A stretch of DNA of 64,000 bases from an uncultured Acidobacteriota bacterium. Its GTDB lineage: Bacteria; Acidobacteriota; Blastocatellia; RBC074. The position numbers and the translations under genes are program-made. Every line of letters begins with the position of its first letter. Position 1 is the stretch's first letter. The notes under the pieces are model-generated. The model saw only the letters and a program-made list of their open reading frames with translations, was not told the DNA's origin and made no database searches. Shown here piece after piece: positions 1 to 11,800 of the stretch. Where the stretch lies: positions 160,001-224,000 of the forward strand of contig CAWCKY010000004.1 in assembly GCA_963796275.1 (NCBI GenBank), in the 5' to 3' direction.

Positions 1-3000
1 CCGCCAGCCCCACCACATCTTCCGGCCCGATCCCCTCTCCGATCAGCACGTGCGCCAGGCCGTTGGCTCGCTCGTTCAACTCTCCGTAGCTCAGCTCCTG
101 TTCCTGGTAGATTGCCGCTACCCCACCCTGCCTCCTCCGCACCTGCTCCTCAAACAACTCCACCAGCGTCGCCTGCGTTATATCTTTCTCCGTCCGGTTC
201 CACTCCCCGAGTATCTGCCTGCGCTCATCCTCTCCCAGCAGCTCGATGCTTCCGATCTTCCGTTGCGCATTCCCTGCCATCGCCTCCAGCACCCGCACAT
301 AATGGCGCCCCATCTGTTCCATCCGCCACGCATCAAACAAGTCTCGGTTGTAGAGCCAGTAGAACCCCAGCTCTCCTTCTCTCTCCCACGCGTGCACTTC
401 CAGGTCGAAGCGCACTCGCAGTTGATCTCCCAGCACCGGCTCAACCTCCAGCCCCTTCATCCCCTCCGGTATCCACGGCGCATTCTGCAGCGCGATGACC
501 ACCTGGAAGATCGGCGTCGTATTGAGACTCCGCTCCGGCGAGAGCTCCTCCACTAACCGCTCGAACGGCACCTCCTGGTGCTCATACCCCTCCAGCGCCA
601 CTCGCCTCACCTCGCTCACCAACTCCTCTATCCGCTTCTCCTCATCCACCCTCACCCTCATCGCCAGCGTGTTGACGAAGAATCCGATCATCTCCTCCAA
701 CTGCGCCTCCTGCCGGTTCGCGATCGGTGACCCCACCACGATATCTTCCTGTCCGCTATAACGGCTCAGCAGCACCCCGAACCCCGCCAGCAATACCATA
801 TATAGCGTCGCCTGCTGGCTCTGGCTGAGCTGTTTCAAGGCGCTCATCTGCTCACGGCTCATGCTCACCTGACACAGTTCTGCCTCATAGCTCTGCACCG
901 CTGGTCTCACTCTATCGCTCGGCAACTCCAGCCGCTCCGGTATCCCCGCCAGCTGCTCTTTCCAGTAGGCCAGACCGCCCGCCAGAACCTCCCGCTCCAG
1001 CCACTCTCTCTGCCACAGGGCGAAGTCGGCGTACTGCACCGCCAGCGGCTTGAGCGGATTCTCTCTCCCTTCACAGTAAGCCTGGTAGAGCTGCGCCAAC
1101 TCCCGGTTGAAGACTCCTTCCGACCAGCCGTCCGAGACGATGTGGTGCATCGTCCGCAGCAGAAGATGATCGCCCTCTCCCAACTTGAGCAGCCTCATCC
1201 GCAGCAGCGGCCCGCGCGTCAGGTCGAAAGGGTGGATCGCTTCCTCCCGCAGTTCGGCCATCACACGCGCCGCTCGTTCCTGTTCACTCAGCCGGCTCAG
1301 ATCTTCTATGGGAATTTCGATGATCAGCTCCGGTTCGATGATCTGCACCGGCTCTCCCTCGATCTCGGCGATGTGTGTCCGCAGACTCTCGTGGCGCGAG
1401 ACGATCGCATTGATCGCCTTCTCCAGCCCCTCGCGGTCCAGCTCTCCCCGCAGCCGCAGCGCGCTCGATATGTTGTACTCGCTGCTGCCTCCTCCCAACC
1501 GATCGAGAAACCAGAGCCGCTGCTGCCCATACGAGAGCGGCAGTCGCTCGGGCCGCGGCTGAGCCACCAGCCGAGCACGTCCGGTCTCTGTCTCTCTCAG
1601 TCGCAGTCCGAGTTGAGCGACGGTGGGTGACTCAAATAGCATCCGTATGTCCAGTTCCACTCCCAGCATCGCCCGCACTCGGCTCACCAGCCGCGTCGCC
1701 ATCAGCGAGTGGCCCCCAAGCTCGAAGAAGTTGTCCTCGATCCCCACTCGCTCCCGGCCCAGTACCTCGGCGAACAACGTGCAGAGTATCTCCTCTTTCG
1801 GACTGCGCGGCCCTCTCCACACTGCCGTCGAGATCAGCTCCGGCTCCGGCAGCCCCTTGCGATCCAGCTTCCCGTTCGGCGTCAGCGGCAGGGCTTCCAT
1901 CTCGACGATCGCTGCCGGCACCATATAGTCAGGCAAACGTTGCGCTAGCTGTTGTCGCAATGTGCCGGCATCGATGCTCCGCCCCGGCGCGGGCACGACA
2001 TAGCCGACCAGCCTCTTATCTCCCGCACGATCTGCGCGCACCACCACCGCCGCCTGCGCCACCTCCGGCAGTTCGCGCAGCGCACCCTCGATCTCCCCCA
2101 ACTCCACCCGGAACCCCCGTATCTTCACCTGCTCATCGGCACGTCCCAGGAACTCCAGATTCCCATCTCTCCGCCAGCGCGCAAGGTCTCCCGTCCGGTA
2201 CATCCGCCTTCCTGCCTCTCCGTATGGGTCGGCCACGAATCGTTCCGCCGTCAGACCCGCCCTCTTCACATATCCACGCCCCAGTTGCACTCCCCCAAGG
2301 TAGAGCTCTCCTCCCACTCCTACTGGCATCGGCTTCAGTTGCTCATTGAGCACGTACAGCTGCGTGTTCCATACCGCAGTCCCGATCGGCACCGGAACCG
2401 ATTCATCATCGGGCCGTGCTTTCCAGTAGCTGACATCCACCGCTGCTTCTGTCGGTCCATACAAGTTGTGCAGCTCGGCTTCCATCACCGCGTGGAATCG
2501 ATCTCGCAATTGCCCCGGCAGTTCCTCCCCGCTACAAAATACTCGGCATAGTCTGATACCCCTTGCTGCCGGCTCGGCTAAAAACTGCTCCAGCATCGAG
2601 GGCACGAAATGTATGGTCGTGATTCCTTGCTCGCGAATGATCGAGGCCAGCCAGGCCGGATCTTTGTGACTATCTGGTGGCGCCACCACCAGCGTCGCCC
2701 CGGCAATCGGCGCCAGGAAGAACTCCCACACCGACACGTCGAAACTTGCTGGTGTTTTCTGCAGTATCCGATCACCAGCCCCAATACCGTAGTGCTCACG
2801 CATCCACTCCAGCCGGTTGACGATCGCCTTGTGCTCGATCGCCGCCCCTTTGGGCCTCCCCGTAGAGCCGGATGTGTAAATGACATAAGCGGGATTGTCT
2901 GGTCTCAGAGCCCGCACTCGTTCCCGGTCTGTCGGATCGATCTGAGAGCTCTGCTCCAGTGCCAGATCGGCCAGATCAGGTTGATCGAGTAATAAGCGAC

Positions 3001-4717
3001 GTGGAGTCTCGGGCAGCCGTTCCGCCATCCGACTGTTGGAGATCAGGCAAGCCGGCTCGGCATCCTCCAGCATAAAGGCCACTCGCTCGGCCGGATAATC
3101 CAAGTCGATCGGCAGATAGGCCGCTCCCGCCTTCAATATCCCCAGCAGCGCGACGATCATCTCCAAAGAACGCGGCAGGGCGAGGGCAACCACATCCTCC
3201 GGTCCAATCCCTTCAGCCATCAGCAGGTGTGCCAGGCGATTGGCCCTTTCATTCAACTCTCTGAAGCTCAGCTCTTGCTCCCCAAAAACAACCGCCACGG
3301 CCTGGTGGCTTCTCCGCACCTGCTGCTCGAACAACTCCACCAGCGTCGCTTGTGGGAGATACCTCTCCGTCCGGTTCCACTCCAGTATCTGCTCTCGCTC
3401 CTGCTCGCTCAGCGACTCCACTCGCCGTATCTGTTGTTCCGGATCACCTACTAGCCTCTCCAGGTAACTTAAAAATCTTCGCTCATGAGTAACAAGTGCA
3501 TCGCTCGTGTAGCGGTTCGATTCTGCATGAAAATCGATGCTTAACTCTCCATCATCAGAAGATCGGTCATAGACGATGATCGAGAAATCGTCGGCTGGTC
3601 CATATGTTAGGGTGTGCACCGTGGCGCGATGGCCGGCAAACCGCAGTTCAGAGAGGTATGGCCTGGCATTGATCCTTGGGCCATATAACCTTTGATCCAC
3701 AGCGCGTATACCAAGATCTCGCCGGATATACTCTCCCCGATAACGGTGGTGGCGCAGTGCCTGGCGAGTTTTCTGCCCGGCCTGTCGGATCAACTCGGAG
3801 AGAGACATCCCTGGCAGGACCTTCAGTCGCAATGGCAACACGTTTGCCAGCATGCCCGGGATGAGCCGTGAGACGACTCCCGTACGAGCAGAGACCGTGA
3901 GACCGAGGACTACTTCATCCGCGCCAGTCAATCGACTCAAATAGGCCGCTACTGCCGCCATCACAATCTGTGACAAACTCGCCCTGGTTCCCCGCCCAAC
4001 CTCACGCAGCCGCTCCGCAACGACACGCCCGACCTGTGCCCTCCGCAGCAATGTACCTCTGGCAGCGATTGATCGCTGATCCCCCAGGCTTACCGGCTCA
4101 GGCAAACCGGCTAGACATTCCAACCAATACTCCCGATCCTTCACGAACTGCTCGGACGCCCGATACCTCTCTTCCTCTTCGCAAAGATGCCGCAGAGAAC
4201 CGAAAGCACCACCCTCATTCGACAAACCACCAGCCAGCGCTGTGTAGACATCCGCCACCCGCTGCATTATCAGCGATAGCCCGAAGCCGTCATTGATAAT
4301 GTGATGAAACCGCAGGTACCAAAGAAACTTCTCAGGGCCCGCCTTGAACAGCGCGAAGGTGAATAGCGGGCCACAAGTCAAATCGACCGCCTGCCCCAGA
4401 TCCGCTTTCATCCAATCCTTGGCCGCCTCCAGTGGGTCCGCTTCCGCACTGACATCAAAAAATGGCAGCGACCATTGCAAGGACCCATTCAGCATTTGCC
4501 GCGGACCATCAGAATCTTCCAAGATTCGTACACGAAGCGCCTCGGCTTCCATAAGAACCTGTCGCAACGCAGCCTCGAAGAGAGCCGGATCAACCGGTCC
4601 ATCGATCTCTATGTATTCAGAGATGTTGTAGATGCTACTGTCGGTATCGACCTTTTGTGCTAACCAGATTTCGCGCTGAGCGGCCAGGAGAGGGAGATCT
4701 AAATACTGATTTACCAT
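1..4717 (-). CDS. NRPS-2, C-terminal part beyond the window edge: starter C - A(Ser-type) - T - C - start of a second A domain
   Basis: ATG at 4717 gives [22 protein letters not shown], paralogous to the ORF starting at 31381. The frame is still in phase at position 4 (...EDVVGLA) and the ORF track lists no stop-terminated ORF for it. Motifs [30 protein letters not shown]. Confidence 0.9.
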   Translation of the reverse strand, partial: MVNQYLDLPLLAAQREIWLAQKVDTDSSIYNISEYIEIDGPVDPALFEAALRQVLMEAEALRVRILEDSDGPRQMLNGSLQWSLPFFDVSAEADPLEAAKDWMKADLGQAVDLTCGPLFTFALFKAGPEKFLWYLRFHHIINDGFGLSLIMQRVADVYTALAGGLSNEGGAFGSLRHLCEEEERYRASEQFVKDREYWLECLAGLPEPVSLGDQRSIAARGTLLRRAQVGRVVAERLREVGRGTRASLSQIVMAAVAAYLSRLTGADEVVLGLTVSARTGVVSRLIPGMLANVLPLRLKVLPGMSLSELIRQAGQKTRQALRHHRYRGEYIRRDLGIRAVDQRLYGPRINARPYLSELRFAGHRATVHTLTYGPADDFSIIVYDRSSDDGELSIDFHAESNRYTSDALVTHERRFLSYLERLVGDPEQQIRRVESLSEQEREQILEWNRTERYLPQATLVELFEQQVRRSHQAVAVVFGEQELSFRELNERANRLAHLLMAEGIGPEDVVALALPRSLEMIVALLGILKAGAAYLPIDLDYPAERVAFMLEDAEPACLISNSRMAERLPETPRRLLLDQPDLADLALEQSSQIDPTDRERVRALRPDNPAYVIYTSGSTGRPKGAAIEHKAIVNRLEWMREHYGIGAGDRILQKTPASFDVSVWEFFLAPIAGATLVVAPPDSHKDPAWLASIIREQGITTIHFVPSMLEQFLAEPAARGIRLCRVFCSGEELPGQLRDRFHAVMEAELHNLYGPTEAAVDVSYWKARPDDESVPVPIGTAVWNTQLYVLNEQLKPMPVGVGGELYLGGVQLGRGYVKRAGLTAERFVADPYGEAGRRMYRTGDLARWRRDGNLEFLGRADEQVKIRGFRVELGEIEGALRELPEVAQAAVVVRADRAGDKRLVGYVVPAPGRSIDAGTLRQQLAQRLPDYMVPAAIVEMEALPLTPNGKLDRKGLPEPELISTAVWRGPRSPKEEILCTLFAEVLGRERVGIEDNFFELGGHSLMATRLVSRVRAMLGVELDIRMLFESPTVAQLGLRLRETETGRARLVAQPRPERLPLSYGQQRLWFLDRLGGGSSEYNISSALRLRGELDREGLEKAINAIVSRHESLRTHIAEIEGEPVQIIEPELIIEIPIEDLSRLSEQERAARVMAELREEAIHPFDLTRGPLLRMRLLKLGEGDHLLLRTMHHIVSDGWSEGVFNRELAQLYQAYCEGRENPLKPLAVQYADFALWQREWLEREVLAGGLAYWKEQLAGIPERLELPSDRVRPAVQSYEAELCQVSMSREQMSALKQLSQSQQATLYMVLLAGFGVLLSRYSGQEDIVVGSPIANRQEAQLEEMIGFFVNTLAMRVRVDEEKRIEELVSEVRRVALEGYEHQEVPFERLVEELSPERSLNTTPIFQVVIALQNAPWIPEGMKGLEVEPVLGDQLRVRFDLEVHAWEREGELGFYWLYNRDLFDAWRMEQMGRHYVRVLEAMAGNAQRKIGSIELLGEDERRQILGEWNRTEKDITQATLVELFEEQVRRRQGGVAAIYQEQELSYGELNERANGLAHVLIGEGIGPEDVVGLA

Positions 4718-4880
4718 ACCGGATATTGGGAATTAAATATAATTGATGAAAGTGGAGGGGCAGCTGAAGCGGGCACACAAGGGTGAAGACAAATGTTCCT
4801 GAGGAGCAAAAGTCATACCTGACACTCAATAGATTTGCGCGGGTCAGAATTTTCTGCTCAATCAGATACCTATCTCCTCG

Positions 4881-4925
4881 AAAAAGAGCAGGGGAGAAAT
4901 CGGTTGATTTCTCCCCCTGCTCTTT
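4881..4925 (-). terminator. Intrinsic terminator-like hairpin between NRPS-1 stop and NRPS-2 start
   Basis: AAAGAGCAGGGGAGAAATC / GATTTCTCCCCCTGCTCTTT stem (one extra C), followed by a T-run on the minus strand. Confidence 0.65.
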
Positions 4926-5171
4926 GATCTTATTCATAACTCGGCATTACAACTCGCCTGAGTTATTACTCACTTTTATTGATTGAATGAAAATGTAACT
5001 AAAATATAACTAAATGGAATCAATGGTATTGAGATCTCGTTGACTCTCCGAGTCGTCTTTGCTGTCTGGCTTACAGACAAGCGGTGCCTTAGTTTCGGTC
5101 ATCCGCTTCTTTCTTGTCCGGAACCAAGCCAACATCAGATTTCGTTTGATCCGGCCGCCTAGTCGATTTCC

Positions 5172-5858
5172 TCATTCGTTCGAGCCGATCAAGTTGCGCC
5201 CTTTCCCTCGGATAAACTCCTCAAGTTTGGCCGTAAGCGTCTGTCCAATCTGAGAAGTCGGCTCACGAAATGCGAGCATGTCATGGTGCCGGCCCGCGAC
5301 CGGATGTACCTCAATTTCTCCGCAGACATATCGCCTCCAGGCTTCTGGAATGGCCGCAGCATTTCCTTCAGAATCAGTAGCAGTAAAGAGTAAAAGATCG
5401 CCATCGTATCGTTGTGGGATGAAGGCGTTCATAGCAGAGATGCTGCTTTGAATGTCTTCGACAAGGGTATCAAGCGGGAAGTCTCCCAGGTGACGGGAGA
5501 GTTCATTGAAGAACGAGGTATCTAAAGGTTTGTCTTCCGTATCATAGCCCAGATATCGACATACCCCGGAAAGTATCTGATCTTGAGTCACCTGGACAGG
5601 CGTTTGCTGAATAATCGGCGGATAGGCATCCAGAAGGGCAAGAAGGGCAACTTCATCCCCTTGTTGCTGAAGGAGAGTCGCAATCGCATGCGCGATAAGT
5701 CCGCCCAATGACCAACCGATTAAATAATAGGGTCCGGCAGGTTGGATCTTGCGGATACTGATCAATGTAATCGGCGGCCATCTCTTCAACTGTTTGTGGG
5801 ATGAATTCTGGATCGCTAAAGTGACGAGATTGCAGTCCATAGATTGGGCAGTCTGCAC
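5172..5858 (-). CDS. NRPS-1 fragment: C-terminal thioesterase
   Basis: [12 protein letters not shown] nucleophile elbow and GRHHDML His region. Joins the upstream frame if one extra base near 5757 is removed (ATT GAT CAG [T] ATC CGC AAG = IDQIRK). Confidence 0.85.
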   Translation of the reverse strand: MQTAQSMDCNLVTLAIQNSSHKQLKRWPPITLISIRKIQPAGPYYLIGWSLGGLIAHAIATLLQQQGDEVALLALLDAYPPIIQQTPVQVTQDQILSGVCRYLGYDTEDKPLDTSFFNELSRHLGDFPLDTLVEDIQSSISAMNAFIPQRYDGDLLLFTATDSEGNAAAIPEAWRRYVCGEIEVHPVAGRHHDMLAFREPTSQIGQTLTAKLEEFIRGKGRNLIGSNE

Positions 5859-8800
5859 CGATGTAGTGCATCAGCCTGGTGTAGCACCAGCTAAGCCCCC
5901 CGCCAGGATGAATGCAAAACAGTGGAGGAAGGTTGCCTTTAGATCTGAGCGGCAGCATGACCTCAAATGCATTTCGATCAGTAGGATGGGATAATTTTAG
6001 CGCAAGTTCAGCCACGGTCGGCGCTGTGAACAGGCTGTGGATCGGGAGCTCAACTCCCAGCGTTGTCCGCACTCGGCCCATCAGTCTCGCCGCCAGCAGC
6101 GAATGGCCTCCCAGCTCGAAGAAGTTATCGTTGATGCCGACCCGTTCCAGCTTCAATGCCTCGGCGAACAATGCGCAGAGAATCTCTTCTTTGGGATTGC
6201 GCGGCGCCCACCACAACGCCGTTGGGATCATCTCCGGCTCCGGCAGCGCCCTCCGATCCAGTTTCCCGTTCGGCGTCAGCGGCAGCGCATCCAACTCGAC
6301 GATCGCCGCCGGCACCATGTAATTCGGCAGCCGTTGGGCTATCCGCTGCCGCACCGCGCCCGCATCAATGCTCCCGCCGGCTGCCGGCACGACATATCCC
6401 ACCAGGCGCCTCTCTCCCGCACTATCTTCGCGCGCCACCACCGCTGCCTGCGCCACTTCGGGAATCTCGCGCAGTGCTTCCTCGATCTCCCCAGGCTCTA
6501 CTCGGAAGCCCCGTATCTTCACCTGCTCATCGCTTCGGCCCACAAACTCCAACTTCCCATCCGCTCGCCATCTCGCCAGGTCTCCCGTCCGGTACATCCG
6601 CCTTCCTGGCCCTCCATAAAGATCGGCCACAAACCTCTCACCTGTCAGGGCAGGTCGCTTCAGATATCCGCGCGCCAGTCCCACTCCTGCTATGTAGAGC
6701 TCTCCCGTCACCCCCATCGGCACAGGTCTCAAACCTCCATCCAAAACATACACTCGAATATTCCAGATGGGAGCGCCAATTGCCGCTGAAACCGGCCATT
6801 GAGATGTGTCCGGAGGAAGGCTATACGCAGTCGCTACATGAGTTTCGGTAGGACCATAATGGTTGTACAGCCGCCTATTCCCATGACGATAGAACTCACG
6901 CATTTGCTCACTCAGGGTTAGCGCTTCTCCCGCCTGTGCCACCTCGACCAAACTTTTAAGATCGCTGCCCAACTGGCTGGCAGTTTCGCATAGAACCTCG
7001 ATCACTAGAGTGGGTGCAAACAATTCGTTCACTTTATACTGCTCAATCCAACGAACGAGTTCTGCAGGAGTATGGCGGGTCTCATTCGAAGGAATGATCA
7101 ATGTCTTGCCAGACGTCAGCGCAGATAGAATTTCCTGTGCCGAAACATCGAAGCTAAGCGCTGTGAATTGCGCCACCTTCGTTCCTGAACCGCCAGAGAT
7201 TAACCCCCTTTGCCAACTCAGAAGATTGGTCAATCCCCCCGCGCTCATCATCACCCCTTTGGGAACACCGGTGGAACCGGAGGTGTAGATGACATAGATA
7301 GGGTTCTCTGGCCTGAGCGGGCTTCGACGATCTCCATCTCCTGGATTTCCATCCACACTCTGCGCCAATCTCACAATTATCTCCGGGTGGTCCAGGATCA
7401 GACAGCGCGAGATATCTGGTGTATTGAGTGCCGCCTCGCCAGTCGTCAGCATATATGCCGGCTCGGCATCTGCCAGCATAAAGGCTATTCGCTGAGCCGG
7501 ATAATCCAGGTCGATCGGCAGATAGGCCGCCCCGGCCTTCAATATCCCCAGCAGCGCGACGATCATCTCCAACGACCGCGGCACGGCCAATCCCACCACA
7601 TCCTCCGGCCCGATCCCCTCCCCGATCAGCAGGTGCGCTAGCTGATTGGCTCGCTCGTTCAACTCTCGGTAGTTGAGCTCTTGCTCCCCGAAGACCACTG
7701 CCACCGCTTCCGGCGTTCTCTGGACCTGCAGCTCGAACAACTCCACCACTGTAGTCTCCCGTATCTCTCGCGCTGTTCGGTTCCACTCCTCCAGTATCTG
7801 TATGCGTTCCTCTTCTCCCAGCAGCTCGATGCTTCCGATCCTCCCTTGCGCATCCCCTGCCATCGCCTCCACCACTCTCACGTAATGGCGTCCCATCTGC
7901 TCCATCCGCCATCCATCAAACAGCTCCCGATTGTAGAGCCAGTAGAATCCTATCTCTCCCTCTCTCTCCCACGCGTGCACCTCCAGGTCGTACTTCACTC
8001 GCATCTCATCTCCCGACACCGGCTCCAGCTCCAGCCCCTTCATCTGTTCCGGTATCCGGGGCGCATTCTGCAACGCGAAGATCACTTGGAAGATGGGGGT
8101 CGTGTTCAGACTCCTCTCCGGCGACAACTCCTCCACCAATCGCTCGAACGGCATATCCTGATGCTCATAGGCCTCCAGCGCCACTCTCCTCACCTCTGCC
8201 ACCAACTCCTCGATCCTCTTCTCCTCATCCACCTTCACCCGCATCACCAGCGTGTTGACGAAGAACCCGATCATCTCCTCCAACTGCGCCTCCTGCCGGT
8301 TGGCGATCGGCGTTCCCACCACCACGTCTTGCTGTCCGCTGTAGCGCTCCAGCAGCACCCCGAAGCCCGCCAGCAACGTCATATAGAGCGTCGCCTGTTG
8401 GCTCTGGCTGAGGCGCTTCAGACGTTCGACCAGATCAACGCTCAAAATCGTCTGCGCCAGCTCGGCATCGAAACTCTGCACCGGCGGTCTGACTCTATCG
8501 GTCGGCAACTCCAGCCGCTCTGCCATTCCATCCAATTGCTGCCTCCAGTACTTCAGCCCCTCGTCCAGCGCTCCCCCTTCCAGCTTATTTCTCTGCCATA
8601 AGGTGAAATCGGCATACTGCACTGTCAGCGGCTTGAGCGGATTCTCTCTCCCCTCACAGAACGCCTGGTAGAGCTCAGCCAGCTCCCGATTGAAGACTCC
8701 CTCCGACCACCCGTCCGAGACGATGTGGTGCATGGTGCGCAAGAGAATATGATCCCGTTCACCCAACTTGAACAGCTTCATCCGCAGCAGCGGCCCGCGC

Positions 8801-11800
8801 GCCAGGTCAAACGATTGGCTTGCTTCTTCACGCAGTCCAGCCAGAACTCGTACTTGTCGCTCTTCTTCATCCAACGCTGTCAAATCTTCCACCCGCAGCT
8901 CGATCCGCAGCTCCGGCTCGATGACCTGCACCGGCTCTCCCTCTATCTCCGCAAAGTGGGTGCGCAGGCTCTCGTGGCGGGTCACGATCGTATTGATCGT
9001 CTTCTCCAGCGCCTGCCGGTCCAGCTCTCCTCTCAACCGGAGCGCGACCGGCATGTTGTACTCGATGCTGCCCCCTGCCAGCCGGTCCAGAAACCAGAGT
9101 CGCTGCTGCGCATACGAGAGCGGCAGCCGCTCGGGCCGCTGCTGGCGCACCAGCGCAGCTCGTCCTATGGTGCTCTCACTCAGCCGCCGGCCCAGCTGCG
9201 CCACACTCGGCGATTCAAACAGCGTCCGAATCGCCAATTCCACTCCCAGCATCGCCCGCACTCGGCTCACCAGACGCGTCGCCAGCAGAGAGTGTCCTCC
9301 GAGCTGGAAGAAGTTATCGTCGATCCCTACTCGCTCTACTCCCAGCACTTCGGCGAACAATGAACAGAGAATCTCCTCGTGCGGGCTGCGCGGCGCTCTA
9401 TACACATCTGAGGAGATCAACTGGGGCTGTGGCAGCGCCTTACGATCCACCTTGCCGTTGGGCGTCAGCGGCAATGCCTCCAACTCTACGATCGCCGCCG
9501 GCACCAGATAATCGGGCAGGTGTTGCGCCAGGCGCTGGCGAACGACGCTCGGATTGATGTTATGACCTGGGGCCGGCACTAGATAGCCGACTAGCAGTTT
9601 CTCGTCGTGCTTATGCTCGCGCGCCACCACCGCTGCCTGCGCCACCTCCGGCAGCTCCCGCAACGCAGCCTCGATCTCCCCCGGCTCGACGCGGAAACCG
9701 CGTATCTTGACCTGTTGATCACTTCGTCCCATGAACTCCAGATTCCCGTCTGCCCGCCAGCGCGCCAGGTCACCGGTGCGGTATATCCTTGTTCCCGGCG
9801 CTCCGTATGGATCAGCAACAAACCGTTCGGCAGTCAGCGCCGGTCGCTTGAGATATCCGCGTGCCAGTCCCGCTCCTGCAATAAAGAGCTCTCCTGCTAC
9901 TCCCACCGGTACTGGCTGCAGTCCCTGATCAAGTACGTACATCTGTGCATTCGTAATCGGCTTCCCGATAGGCACTGCTATTCTGGATAGTTTAGAGCAA
10001 TCGCCATAAACGGAACTCCATACAGTGCCTTCCGTTGGGCCGTATTCATTGAAGAGCTCTGCATCAGCAAATAGATCGGAATGCCGTTCGGGCAGTTCTG
10101 ACGGGCAAGCCTCGCCTGCGACGATTACGCACTTCAAGGAATTTATTTGCCCGGGCTTGGTCTCCTCTAGCAACATCGAATAAAGCGTGGGAAGACACAG
10201 CAAATGGGAAATACTGCTTTCTGCCATCAATCTTGCAAGTTGTGCGGGATCACGTTCGAGTCTCTCATACGGGAGTAAAAGTGTCCCGCCTTGGCATAGT
10301 GTCCAGTAGATGCCGGCGACCGAACTATCAAAGATAAAAGGTGAGGCCAGGAGAAATCTAGATACAGGATCTCTGTAGTAATGAAAACGCGCACGTGTCG
10401 AATTGGCCAAGCTGTAATGCCCGATCAAGACTCCTTTCGGGTTTCCGGTAGAGCCGGAGGTGTAGATGACATAGGCTGGATTGTTCAGCCTCAGCGGCCG
10501 CACGCGCTCCCACTCTTGCGGATTGCTGATCGGGCTCTGCTCCAGTGCCTCAACCATCTCTACCTGGTCGAGCATCAAGCGGCGCACTCTCTCCGGCAAC
10601 CGCTGCGCCGTCTCACAGGTCGTGATCACGCAACACGGCTCCGCATCCTCCAGCATAAAGGCCACTCGCTCGGCTGGATAATCCGGGTCGATCGGCAGAT
10701 AGGCCGCCCCCGCCTTCAATATCCCCAGCAGCGCGACGATCATTTCCAGCGAGCGCGGCAGAGCCAGCGCCACTACATCCTCCGGCCCGATCCCTTCGCC
10801 GATCAGCACGTGCGCCAGGCCGTTGGCTCGCTCGTTCAACTCTCCGTAGGTGAGCTCTTGTTCCCCAAAGACCGCTGCCATCGCCTCCGGCGTTCTCTGG
10901 ACCTGCTGCTCGAACAACTCCACCACTGTAGTCTCCGGTATCTCTCGCGCTGTTCGGTTCCACTCCTCCAGTATCTGCCTGCGCTCCTCCTCTCCCAGCA
11001 GCTCGAGGCTTCCGATCTTCCGTTGCGCATCTGCTGACATTGCCTCCAGCACCCGCACATAATGGCGTCCCATCTGCTCCATCCGCCACCTATCAAACAG
11101 CTCCCGGTTGTAGAGCCACGACAGCACGATCTCGCCCTCCTGCTCCCACGCGTGCACCTCCAGGTCGTACTTCACTCGCATCTCATCTCCCGGCACCGGC
11201 TCCAGCTCCAGTCCCTTCATCCGCTCCGGCATCCACGGCGCATTCTGCAGCGCGAAGACCACCTGGAAGATGGGCGTCGTATTGAGACTCCTCTCCGGCG
11301 ACAACTCCTCCACCAACCGCTCAAACGGCACATCCTGATGCTCATACGCCTCCAGCGCCACGCGCCTCACCTCGCTCACCAACTCTCCTACGCTCTTCTC
11401 CGCATCCACCCCAACCTTCATCACCAGCGTGTTGACGAAGAACCCGATCATCTCCTCCAACTGCGCCTCCTGCCGGTTGGCGATCGGTGATCCCACCAAC
11501 ACCTCTTCCTGTCCGCTGTAGCGCTCCAGCAGCACCCCGAACCCTGTCAGCAATACCATATAGAGCGTCGCCTGCTGGCTCTGGCTCAACTGTTTCAAAG
11601 CGCTCGTCTGCTCACGGCTGAAGCTCACCTGACACAGTTCCGCCGCGAAGCTCTGCACCGGCGGTCTGACTCTATCGGTCGGCAGCTCCAGCCGTTCCGG
11701 TATCCCCGCCAGCTGCTCTTTCCAGTAGCCCAGTCCTCCTGCCAGGACCTCCTGCTCCAGCCACTGTCTCTGCCACAAGGCGAAGTCGGCGTACTGGACT

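Noticed and set aside
4635-4937. 100-aa minus-strand ORF conserved with 31299-31601
   Set aside because: Overlaps the NRPS start out of frame and crosses a terminator hairpin; conservation is explained by the recent duplication.
5009-5134. Short minus-strand ORF (MLAWFRTRKKRMTETKAP...) as leader peptide or MbtH
   Set aside because: The frame is not preserved in the duplicate near 31660-31780 and there are no MbtH Trp motifs.
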